From Octopus bimaculoides (taxonomy: Eukaryota), in the NCBI RefSeq assembly GCF_001194135.2, contig NC_068985.1, positions 31,907,883 through 31,971,882 on the forward strand: a DNA stretch of 64,000 nt, in the 5' to 3' direction. This document shows, piece by piece, positions 38,621-51,128 of this stretch. A program made the position numbers and the translations under genes. Positions within the stretch are counted from its first letter, which is position 1. Every line of letters starts with the position of its first letter. Under the pieces are notes generated by a model. That model searched no databases and was not told the DNA's origin. It saw only the letters and a program-made list of their open reading frames with translations.

Positions 38621-39920
38621 AGGGGAACATGGTCTCCATTTTTCCATACATGATCAGCTATACTCGATTTATCAATATCTCCTCGTGTCACAACTTTGCG
38701 ATGTTCGTCTTATTTTGAGGGGGCGGCATATTTCACCTTTGTATAACCAACCACAGTTGCATGGGATGGAGTACACGCAGTCTTTGGTCATATTCTCTTC
38801 TATTGGTGGTTTTACTCGAAGGAGATATTTGCCAAGTGTTGTATTACTCTTGAATACTGTTCTGATGTCATATGGGTCACATATCTTTTGTATCTTTTCG
38901 GAGAGGCCTTTCACATAGGGTAGACAGACTGTGGACAGTTTATTGGTTTCATCCTCTCTTTACTTCATAATTGGAGTAGATAGTATGTTTTTGGGGTAGT
39001 TGTTGCTTAATAGATTGTTATTGAGCTTGATCATTTCTTCGTGGTGGGTATCACAATCACTGCTTATATTCTTTGCACGATGTTTTAGGCACTGAGCAAT
39101 CCCTCTCTTTACATTGTATGGATGGTGGGAATTGAAGTTGAGATATCGTCCAGTGAAGGTCGGCTTGCAGTATACGGATGTCCTGAATCCATTCTTAGTG
39201 CGTGTTATTAATACGTCCAGGAATGCTAGTTGATTTCCATTGTGAACTGTATGGATGGCTTTATTGAGTTCGCATGATCTAACAGCACTTGGACATCTTC
39301 CTGGTGGGGCCAGAGTATAAAGGTTTCATCCACATATCATAGCCATAGTGTTGGTTTTAGAGGTGTTGATCCTAAAGCCAAATTCTCAAAGTATTCCATG
39401 TATATATTGGCTATTATTGGTGATAATGGCAAACCCATAGCTAAACCCTCTTCTTGTTGATATATATCAGTGTCCATACTGAAGTAGGTAGTTTCTACAC
39501 AGAAGGTCAACATTTCCATCAAGTTTCTTATTGGTATACTAGTGCATTCTTTTAGATGGGTGTCTGTCACTAGTTTTTCTTTAATCGCCAATAGTGCTTC
39601 AACAGTTGGGACTTTGGTGAACAGACTTATCACATCTAAACTCACCATCTGGTTGGATTCAATGAGGGTATCCTTGATCTATTCTGTGAAGTGGGTGGAA
39701 TTCTTCATGTACAATGTTGACTTTCCTGCTAATGGACTGATTATATCCACAGGGAAGCGGCTCAGTGGATGACATGCTGAACCTCTACAGCTCACTATAG
39801 GTCTTGATGGAATATCAGGTTCAAAATTTCCCCAAGACACCTAATGAAGGCTGGAGGGTATATCAGCTGAAATGTGTTAACAAGAAACAAGATGAGGACA
39901 AATGTAAATAATGTACCTAG
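38620..39920 (-). mobile_element. Penelope-like element (RT plus GIY-YIG) with probable inverted pLTR at ~39760-39920
   Basis: VSLDVISLFTKVP...GLAMGLPLSPIIANIYMEYFE; CVYSIPCNCGWLYKGE. Confidence 0.85.
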
Positions 39921-40164
39921 ATAATATCCTAGGAGAACCATGTCTCAGAGAAATCCAAAAGATTGTGTGGACAAGTACTGCCCACATCGTTAGAAAAACC
40001 CTATCAATTTGAATGTATGTGTTGTATTACATGAAGATATTTCACTACTGCCCCTGCCACTTCCCCTCCCCAAGCTTTCAGTCATAACTGTAACATCTCT
40101 TATCCTTCACTTGCCCTAGGACGCTGGGTGTTTCAGTGACTAGCAAACATGCAGATTAAAAGTA

Positions 40165-40257
<93 letters not shown>
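40165..40257. repeat. (TAA)n microsatellite
   Basis: About 30 aat units. Confidence 0.95.
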
Positions 40258-40680
40258 CCTTTCTACTAAAAGCACAAGGCCTGAAATTTTGGGGGAAGGA
40301 GACTAATTGATTACATTGACTCCAGTGATTCACTGGTACTTAATTTATTAACATCCCCAAATGATGAAAGGCAAAGCCAATCTTGGCAGAATTTGAACTC
40401 AGAATGTAGCGATGAGTAAAACATCACTGAGCATTTTGCCCGGCATGCTAATGATTCTGCCTGCTGGCTGCCTTAATAATAATTGCTCCTAATTTAGGCA
40501 CAAGGCTAAGAATTTTGAAAGGAGATGTTATCATCAACTTCAGTGGTAGACTGGTACTTTATTGGCCCTGAGAATATGAAAGGCAAAATTCATTTAAACT
40601 CAGAACTAGAACAAATACTGCAACACATTTTTTCCAATGCTCTAATGATTCTGCAAGCTTGCCACCACCTTAACAATGGT
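40250..40680 (-). mobile_element. Two adjacent copies of a third tRNA-derived SINE family
   Basis: gatgaaaggcaaa...atttgaactcagaa...gcattt..ccggcatgctaatgattctgcc; further copies at 30820-30985 and 61725-61928. Confidence 0.7.
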
Positions 40681-40691
40681 GATGATAATTC

Positions 40692-40727
<36 letters not shown>

Positions 40728-41739
40728 CGACGATGATGACTATGACAATGATGATTTCTTTTTATTTGCTGAAGGGCATTGGATTAAAGGGAAGTACAAG
40801 GAGAGGTTATATTATACACAGTGCAGAGGTTTACATAAAATAGGATAAGGATGAGAAAAAAAGGAATAGATATATTCATTCTTGAGTAGCCCTACAGATC
40901 CAAAATTACTTTGTTTACCAAAGACAAGTGCTCTCTTCCAGCTGTCATTCTCTGACCCTTAATCACATGCTGAGAGTAGACCCACTCATTGTGGTTATTT
41001 TTGCTACTGTCATCTACTTTTTAACAAATTTACTGGAAAAAGGAACCACCTACTCCATCCTCACCTTTCTTTCTGAGAGGAACTTGCAAAAGTCATTGAT
41101 GGCTTGACTGAAAAGGATGTGTCTGTCTTCAGTTTCTCTAGCCTTGTCTATCACACAACCTCTTTTATCATAGTCACCTGACAGACAAAAACCTCCTATT
41201 CTTCATAGTTAAAGGAGATTTATGCAATGGGTGATCTCTGCAATGGGTGATCTCTGCAATGGACTCAGGTTATAGCTGGGTCCATCTTGCACATGGTGAC
41301 AGCTATTTGACATGACTCCACAGTTCAATAATGACTGCACACTAATTGAATGCATACAAGATAATTTCATCACTCTGCACACATTCTGGGTAGTTCCATT
41401 CAATTGCACTTTCATGCTTTTATGTTTATATGTAGTATCTTCTCTCGTGCATCTTTGTTTTTGTAGTGGCTGATGATGTTGTTGCTACAGCATTCATTGA
41501 TATATCTTTCTATACCATGTGGCACACATACATAGAGATAGACATGTATGTATGTTGTTATTTAGTTTTCTTTCAAAATTTCATGCCAATAGAGAAAGAG
41601 CCAGTTAGAAACCCAAGACTCCTTCATTGGAATTTCAACAACATCAATATGGTATGTATGTATATTTGTATGTTTTGTTTTATGTATGCATTCTCATGCA
41701 TATAGTTGCATATCTAGACATGTTCATATATACTTAAAT

Positions 41740-43090
41740 GATAAACTTCTGGAAAATTTTACAGATTTTTACAGTTCCAGTAAAGGCTTGGATTTGTAGT
41801 ATTCAAATCAGTATTTCTGGTTCTGAGAAGCCTAATTTCTCAAGATTGATACTTAGGCCATGTGTTACATATCCCAGTGCCCCAATAATTACAAGTATAA
41901 ACCTGAACTTGTAATCTGGGTAGAATAACTGTAGATTTCTCAATAGTTTAGCATAGGTTATTTTCTTTTTCACTGATCTTTAGCTTTATATTAACATCTG
42001 CTGAGCAGCTGATTTCAATAACTGTATACAGTTTCTTTTCTCTATCCCAAATCATTATGTCCAAGCTTTCCCCATTCACTATACGAGCTGTGCACTTTTG
42101 TTCAGCTTGCTTAAGTTCTTCATGCTGGATACGTGCTCTCTCAAAAGTGTCGATCCCTTCCTTAACTGGCTTCCTCCATTTGTGGCGATGACAGGCATTG
42201 TTCTCCCAGTCAGTGTCCTGCATCATTATGTCTGGTCTGTTATATCTACACTTTATCGAGGTTTTCGCTGGGACATTCCACCAGTACTCCTTCTTATTAC
42301 GAGTGGCTATAGCTTCCATCATACTGTGGGTTATTATTTCTTTGACTTCAGGGTTATTCTTCCAATGGGTCTCATACAGTGTCTTAGCCACAACGTCATG
42401 TCTCATTGGTAGATAATACTGTGATGACATTTTCAGGCAACTGCTTATGATGTGGGTGATATCTTCGGTACTAACTCCACGAAGTCTGCATTTGGTTGAT
42501 ATTTCCTGTTCCTGGATTGCAACACATACCTTTCAAAGTGGGAGACAGTAATCTGTTTGTTGGTCCATGATAGACTTCTTTGATGATCAATGTTACTATG
42601 CTGTTGAAGGGATATGATATGACATTCAAAGGCAATCTGGGTTGATTGACATTCAAAGGCAATCCTGCCATTTTTGTTTTAGGTAGAGGCGGTCTACATC
42701 ACTGTTGATATGAAAATTATGTATGCTGGTTAGTATCTTCCAGGTTTTCACATCAATTGCTCAGATCTCATCAAGCATCCAGTCAAGTAGCCCAAATGTT
42801 GGTATGAGTACTGGTACTGCAAACACATTGTGGGCCACTGTTTTATAGAAGGCAGAGAGTTCCGAGGTCCATATTTTTTTTATTCAGCTGTAATATTTTT
42901 TAGTGACATGTGTCTTGTTACAGGTGCTATCATAAGATATATTTTCATCCACCCCAAGGTACTTGTAATTTTCTTAGTCAGATACAGGGAAAATTACTAT
43001 GTCATTGAAGGAGATGTTGCTAGTCTGGTTTACAGTTTTCCCTCTTTTCACAACCATATAACAACATTTATCCTGACCAAACTCCAAGCC
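41740..43090 (-). mobile_element. Second R4/Dong-like element, 3' end with restriction-like endonuclease
   Basis: RHDVVAK, NRPDIM..DREKKLYTVIEISC; other frame gives KLLRNLQLFYPDYKFRF..VIIGALGYV. Confidence 0.8.
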
Positions 43091-43123
43091 TAAATCCTTT
43101 GAGAATGTATGTATGCATGTACA

Positions 43124-43180
<57 letters not shown>

Positions 43181-44479
43181 ATAGGTAGGTAGATAAGAAG
43201 GCAAGTAGGTAGTCACTTTACTAATTATACTGCAGTTTCTCAATGAAATCCCAGCTAACAAAGCAGCAACTTTTCAAACAAGGTCCCTGCTACTAAGAAA
43301 GTATTAACAGAAATCTGATCAGTGCTAATAATAACACAACTAACAACAGAGATCTTTGCCTCTAAGAGAGTAACTACTGTATGTAAATGTGTTCCATTCT
43401 AATAAGTCAGTAACTAGTAAAATGAGATTTCAGCTTCTACAAGATCAAGTAAACACATGAAATATTAGCTACGAAGGCAGCAGCTATCCAAAATGAAATC
43501 CCTGTTACTAATAGAGCAACAAGGCAAGTAAAATCCCTGCCACTAATGTAGCAACTATACTAATGCGATTCTTTCCACTAAGAGTGCAAGTAGTTAATTA
43601 AGTAGTAGGGATCTCATTAGTCTAGTTTTTCTTTTAGTTGCATTCATACACCTTTAGCAGCAGGGATTTTCTGATCAGTTTTAACACAATTTTTTCCAGC
43701 TTTATAGGTCCTGAGAAAGGAGCAGTAAGGAGGACTTGTGATAGATGAGAGGATAACAAAAAAGATGGCGAAGGTGTTAAATAGGGCCTTCACAGGAATA
43801 TATTGAGTGAGAAATCCAGAGGTAGATATTATACATACCAAATTCCATCATCACCCCCATTATAACGTCTAGTTTGTCATGATTGCATAGGTGGACTAAT
43901 CTCTCTAGTATTTCTTACTTGTTACTTCTTGTTGCAGTCCTTCTTCATGAAGTTCATTTTATTGAAGGCAGTCTTCAACACTTTAGATCATGTTTTCCTG
44001 AGTCTCTTTCTTTCTCAGGTATCATTCACTGTGAGTACTCAACACTTCTTTATACAGCTGATGGCATACCTATACAAGTGTGCCCCNNNNNNNNNNACTT
44101 TATTTCAACATAACTTTCAGAAAAATGGATATTTAGTGATGAAATTTTCTACAAATATCTTTCAGAAGGTGTAAATTATGACTATATTATAATTTAAAGT
44201 GAAAAAAATTATTGGTGGGCATGCACACATATATACTAACACATAATGCTTTTCTGCACTCTCAACACCACTTCTCATCTTTCCTCATCTGACCTACTCC
44301 CCACTATGATCCCCATACTTCTATTTCCTTCAATGACTCTCTCAGGATTCCTCTCCATCCTAGTATGCTAATGCCTTTCCTTCATTCCTTCTGTCCATAC
44401 TTGCCCCTTATAATGTCGGCTAGCTCTAGAACCTCTCTTACACAACTCAGTTATCACTTCCTCATCCTGCATGTGATAG

Positions 44480-46330
44480 AATTTGCAGTTATATAATTTT
44501 TCAAAAAGTTTAAAACCATTTTAATTTTATTAAGCATGCTAAGTTGTCCACCAGCATTTGAGTTCTCTGGCCACATCATGAGAAATATTGGGTTAACCTG
44601 AATCTCCTTGATGTATTCCAAACTTTCTTTAGAATTCTGGCATATTCTTTTCTCTACTTTCAAGCCTAGCTGTTGTCATTTATTGCTGGATTTATTAACT
44701 ATCCCTTTATCATATCTTGTTGCCACCAAGTTTACTACTCCCTGTAAATTATCTCTAATTATGCTCCTTCCATTTTTTAATTCTTCAGTATCATAACCTC
44801 CCTAAGATTCTTTTGTTCACTAATCTTAGCTTAAGCTCACTCAATGAAGCAATCTGTTTAATGGAATAGTCTATCAGAAGTTTACAAGTATCAGTATCCA
44901 CTGTAGTAGGAGCACATACATTAGCAAAACTCTCCCTTTAAATCCATTTCTATCTTCCAAGCAACATAATTTATCTATTTCCAACACATCATCTATTCAG
45001 TTGACTTCCTAGTTCCAGTTAGTAATATTAGAAAATCACGCTTAAATTATAAGTTTCTTCATCAGCAAAAACTCTGCAATGCCTGAATTAATTTTTATCT
45101 GTAAGCATAGATGGATGTTTTATATTTTATCCTTTTAAGTCTTGGAGATTCTTATTAATTAAGATGTTGGCAGCATCTATGATCACCTTTGGATCTTTCT
45201 ATGTCCAACACCTTTCCTGAAATATTTTATTCAATTTACAATGAATACTCATCATCTGTGTACATTCAGAAGCTTCCATGGACTGAAATCTTTCATAATA
45301 ACTACATAATCTAAGATGAAAATCACGGAACTGGTGTATGAACCTTAAAGGACAAACTCCAACCACAACTTTTTATCCTTTCATCAATAGAATATGTATT
45401 TCTTAAGAGCCTTTCACCCATACTTAGAAATTGTAGAATCTTGAATTAAGCCGTTTCTAGACTAACAGCAATAAAATAACATTATCCTTTTCCTGAAGAG
45501 TCTTATAAACAAGCTTAAGGAAAGTTATTTATCTGTAGTTCTATTTTAAAGGTACAGGTTACTTATAAACATTTATTTATCTTATTCATAACTTTTCTTT
45601 AAATAGAATCAAAATTGTTCTGGATAAATGTTAAAGATAATAATTTAAAATGCCAGCTTCATAATTGAAGTGTTAATATTTTGTATCCTGTCTCTGGAAA
45701 GTCAACCAGGAAGAAAATACTTAAAACTCAATGGTCACTTAAGCAGTTTATTAGACAGCAGTACTGTACTCAAACCTTCCTTTGGGTTTGGATAGACAAT
45801 AAGAAACTTTACATTTAGCTGAAATCTTCAGTTGTTCTACAATGACAGCATTAATAATTGGATATCTTCTTAAAGAGGAACTTATTTAAATCACCTTCAA
45901 AATATAAAAGAAATTGCTTTCATCATAATGTATATGCCATATCTGTCTTATCAAACAATTTTTTTCTAGTTATTCTCTATTTTTGGTCAAAAGTGTCAAC
46001 AAAAGAACTATTGATTATTTTTGAACAAACATGAAACAAAGACCTAGTATCACACACCAACATTTTAGATTTATTTCTAATTTATTTTTATTACATACTA
46101 TTATAAATTGGACATTTGAATTCAAAATGGTCCAATTGGTTTATTTCATTTTTCAAGGAGAAAGTTACAGGAGGGGTTTGTACAAGTTGAAAAGTTTGAA
46201 AATTTATATTCTGTTATCTGAAATGAAGTAGTATTCAACTTCTGGAAGTTATTGATTTGATTCATGTCAGCTTTGATTGAACATATCAATATGATCGAAG
46301 AGATTCCAACTGTGACCATCTTATCATTTT
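44480..46330 (-). mobile_element. Heavily decayed retroelement remnants (APE-like at ~44480-44950; PLE RT-like at ~45300-46000)
   Basis: ANVCAPT (YAPT-like); FEGDLNKFL and PYLGEKAL remnants. Confidence 0.4.
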
Positions 46331-47524
46331 TTCAGATTATTACATCTAGAATGACATTGTAGTAACGCCTGCGCATGCGTAGTCTTATGCATGCGTAGAA
46401 TTAAACAAGTAAGCGTTTCCCGCTCAATTCATTCTCTTTCTCGCTGGCCAGCGATTGAGCATGGATGTGTGTTTAAAGCTGTCTCTACATCTTTCGGACT
46501 TACACTAGACAGCTTGCTCACAACTACAGAACAACGTCCCAAACAACTATGCTCATACATACAGAAGCTGACACAACAAGAACTAAAGATGTTTATATGT
46601 TTACCACCTGAATAAATGTTGTTTAAGTTGTTTAGTCTGGAGTTCAGCATTCCGTTATATTCCTTTAAGTTTATAGTAGGAAGTCAGGTATACAATCTAA
46701 AGATGTATAACCCACTTTCTACTAAAACATTATTACATTGTCCCCACCACCTTCTTTAAGATGTAGGTATGATTCAGGAAGGACTGGTTGCTATTTCTAG
46801 AAGGTAGAACAACCATGCAGTGGCTTTCATGCTGACTTGATTTATAGATGTGTAAAAGTGTAACACTTCATATGATGATATCCTTCATAGAGTATAGCTT
46901 TATGTTTTGATGAGATGTGGTTTGTGTTTATTTTATACCTCACTGTTGTAATGATCTTCCTTTTGTAAGTTCTTAATTGCAAGTTTTATTTATTTATTCA
47001 TATATTTGTTTATTTATTAGCCTTCGCTTCATCAGCTATGATGAATCTGAAGGTTTTTTTGTTTGAGTTGAATGTGCAGATTATGTGGGGCATTAATCTA
47101 GAGTTGATTGGCAATTTTCCCAATACTTCTGACTATTGTTATGAAGCTCTTCCTCCAGTATCCAAGTTATTTGTGATTTGACATAATGCTCCAAAATTCT
47201 GCACAGCCATATCACAGATAGTGGAAATATCTTGTATTTACATTAAATTCCTTATTCATAAAAGTTCACAATTCTTAGAGTGCAATTCAAAGTGATGTGA
47301 CTTCCTTTCCTTCATAAAAAACACTCCAGAAAAGGTTTCCATTCAGACAATATTTCTGTTTCTGTTTCAAAGGTATTTTCATTTGGTGCGCATAACATGG
47401 TATCATGAACATATAATACAGAAATTGTTGAGATCATCCATGGAGAAAGAGATCAGAAGCAGGCTAAGCATGGAACTGATGACTTGGCAGAGTTGTTAGC
47501 ATTGGAGAAAATATCTGTTGTATT

Positions 47525-47832
47525 TAGTTATGACCGTTGCCAGTGCCCCTGGACTGGTTCTTGTGCGGGTGGCACATAAAATACACCATTTTGAGCATGA
47601 CAGTTGCCAGTACTGCCTGACTGGCCTTCGTGCCGGTGGCACGTAAAAGCACCCACTACACTCTCTGAGTGGTTGGCGTTAGGAAGGGCATCCAGCTGTA
47701 GAAACTCTGCCAAATCAGATTGGAGCCTGGTGTTGCCATCTAGTTTCACCAGTCCTCAGTCAAATCGTCCAACCCATGCTAGCATGGAAAGCGGACGTTA
47801 AACGATGATGATGAGGATGATGATGATGATGT
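47525..47832 (+). mobile_element. RTE LINE 3' UTR, low-divergence copy
   Basis: ggttggcgttaggaagggcatccagctgtagaaac...ggacgttaaacgatgatgat. Confidence 0.85.
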
Positions 47833-48454
47833 TAACATTCTATGTTAAAATGCTGTTGAGGTCAACTTTACATTTCATTCATCTGGAATTAAATTAAAAT
47901 ACCAGATGATGTGTGGTTAAGAAATTTGATTTGTAACTATGTAGTTCTGGGTTCAAACTCAGTAGCACCTTGAACTAGAGTGTTCTACTATAGCCTTGGT
48001 TTCACCAATATCTTGTGAGTGGAATTTAGTAGTCAGAAATTGTATAGAACACATAGTATGTGTGCATGTGTGTGTATATGTGTGTGTTTGGAGGTACATG
48101 GCTTAGAGGTTAGTCTGTTGCACTCAGGATTGTAAGATTGTGGTTTCAATTCCTGGTCTGGGTGATGCATAGTATTCTTGAACAAGACACTTCATTTCAC
48201 AATGCTCCAGTCTACTCAACTTGCAAAAATGAGTAATTCTGCAATGGAAAGGCATCCCATCTAATGGAGAATGTATATATACTACAGAATCCAGGAAATT
48301 GGCCTTATGAGACTATGTCTCAAGAAGGACCTTTGATTTTTTTTTCGTGTGTGTATGTATATATATATATATACATATATATAAAAATATTTTTTCGTAA
48401 TGAGATAAAAAAAACCAAGGCTCTGTAGAATTTAGAACATTTATAAATAGAAGG

Positions 48455-48500
48455 TCTTACAGCTGTTTCCAGGATATTTATTATATTCCTTCATCAGAGA
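48455..48500 (-). ncRNA. Candidate minimal type I hammerhead ribozyme at a PLE-like 3' end
   Basis: TCT-CTGATGA-AGGA..TCCT-G-GAAA-CAGCTG-TA-AGA on the - strand. Confidence 0.5.
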
Positions 48501-49479
48501 TGGTGTGAGAAGATGATTAAGCAATAGTTAATTTAGATAAGATATGAAATAGAGAGTGAAGTGGAGGAATGAAAATAGATGTGAGATATGCAGGGATATT
48601 GTATTTGTAGATCAATTATTTAGGCAGAATGGTATACATATAAGATTCCAATGCCTTGTGAGTAAAATCCAGTAGTATTTCAAATTGGTCATTCCAAGTA
48701 TAGAGTTTATACTCAGTGTTATTGAATCAAGGGTTTTATTTAAAGTGACCTAAAAGTAGGGAATGTATTAGTAAGGTCAAATCGAAAACATGAAGATAAA
48801 GAAAGAGAAAAAAAGAGAAAAGAANNNNNNNNNNGACCTAAAAGTAGGGAATGTATTAGTAAGGTCAAATCGAAAACATGAAGATAAAGAAAGAGAAAAA
48901 AAGAGAAAAGAAGGAGAAGAAAAAAGAAGGGAAAAAAACAGGAAGAGAGGAATAAAGAAAAGAAAGAAAAAAGAAAAATAAGGATAGAGATAAGGGAAAG
49001 TGTACCAGTTAGTGGTCAGTCAAGAAAATTTGAAAGTAGGAATGGGGAGATAAGGGTGATAGAGAGAGAAAGGTATTAGAGTCTAAAAAGATAGAAGGAA
49101 TGGGGGTCGAAAGAGAGAGAGAGGTATAAAAAGTAAAGTAGTGTCAATTGTGTAGTGATAGAGTCTAAGGCTTAGAGGGAGGTAGTAGTATGGAAGGAAG
49201 AATTTAGGTAGTTGGACAGATCAGTGCTTAATAATAGAAGAAAATATATATATGAAGATGTATACATATGTATACATTAGACATGTATATATATATATTT
49301 AATTAGATGTTTATACATGTCAATATTTACATATACAACTCGTACTCATATGTATATGCACACATGCATACCCATATATACGTATATCTGTATGTATTAT
49401 CGCTCCTGTACACATAGGTATATATACCTTGCATACATACATACATACATACATGCATACACACACACACAAACATGCA

Positions 49480-51128
49480 CGCATATATGCATGGATGCAG
49501 ATACACACGAATATAATTAGATGGTTCTGATATTCGAGTATGAGTGAGGAATTAGGAGTTAAAATGTAGATTTATAAGGTTATTGGGATTACCTAAGGGG
49601 TATTGTGAAAATGTACTGTATGGTCGTTTAGGCATTTGGATTTGTGGTAGAATTTGAATGTGTGAAGAAAGCAGTGGTTGCATGTGCTTAGTTCCTCATC
49701 ATGTTTATTTAGCAGTGCTGGAGAGTTGTGCTTTAATATGTGAAGTGCCTCCTTCAGACAAAATTTTCAGGTTGAGCTTTGACCTTGGTAGGGAAGCCCT
49801 GAGTCCAGTATGGACCATGATAGAGTATGGGGTATTTTTGAGATGATGTATGTGGTTGGCAAGCGTTGTAGATTTATTATGTTTATCGTATCTAAGAGAA
49901 TGGAGGTGAGTGGCATATCGTTGCTTGAAATTTTTTGTTGATCCTATGTATATGGCTGTAGAGTTGTGTAATAGATTAAGGACAGTGCATTTGTAAATTA
50001 CATTATATCTTCTGCAATGGGTTTGTAATGGGCTGATGGTTCCAGGACAGCAATTACAATTAGCTGAATTTTGGGGACTGTGTTCAGTAATAGAGGAGGT
50101 AATATCGTCAGAGGAGAGGTTATAGAAGGGGGTAGAAAATTCTATATTATTAGTATTATTAACGTTATCATTACCATCATTGCTATTATTACTATTGTTA
50201 TTAATTGTACTATTTGTAAGGGTGGTAGAGATTGTGGTGGTGTTCCGGGCAGTGTCAGTAGGATTGGTTGGGTTGTGGTTGTGGTCTAATGTAAGGATGT
50301 CTTTGCTGGAGCTGTATGTGTGTTTAGTGTTCATATGACTAGAGTTGTAGTTATGTGAGTTTTGATAGTAAAGAGAGAGCTTTTGCTTATTAGAGGCTGC
50401 TACAATAGATTCAAAGTTGGGTGAGGTAGAATAAGATAGTTTCAGGGTGGATCGGTTAAAGATAGAATGATATTTATGTTGTCGAGGGAAGTTAGAGTCT
50501 AGTATTTTAAAGAAGGATTTAGCTAAGTTCTTAACGTTAAGTGAGAATGGGGGTGTGTACCACAGAATAGAGCGTCCACCACTTTTTTTAGAGGGTCTGG
50601 GAGTAGTGCTATCTAAGTTTTTAGATAAATGAGTGCTATCTATATTTTTAGGGAAGGTATGCGGGTGGTGAGGCCTGTTGTTGTTAGCTGTTTTAGTTGT
50701 TTTTGTTAATAATCTACAACACTCACCAACCACATACATCATCTCAAAAATACAAATATACCCTATACTCTATCATGGTCCATACTGGACTTAAGGCTTC
50801 CCTACTGAAGTCAACGCTCAACCTGCAAACTTTACCTGAAGGAGGCACTCCCCATATTAAAGCACAACTCTCCAGCACTGCTAAATAAACATAATGAGGC
50901 ACTAAGCACATGCAACCACCGCTTTCTTCACACATTCAAATTCTACCACAAATCCAAATGCCTAAATGACCATATGGTACATTTCCACAATACCCCTTAG
51001 GTAATCCCAATAACCTTATAAATCTACATTTTAACTCCTAATCCCTATCTAATTCCTCTCTCTCATACTCGAATATCAGAACCATCTAATTATATTCGTG
51101 TGTATGTGCATCCATGCATATATGCGTA
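49480..51128 (-). mobile_element. Naiad-type Penelope-like element 3' part (GIY-YIG) flanked by ~400-bp inverted repeats
   Basis: ILWYTPPFSLNV..IFNRSTLKLSYS, CNC, VIYKCTV..IYIGST..FKQRYATH; arms 49480-49878 and 50708-51128 are reverse complements. Confidence 0.85.

Noticed and set aside
48748-48910. ~76-bp direct duplication flanking a 10-N gap
   Set aside because: Typical unmerged contig-end overlap, so an assembly artefact.
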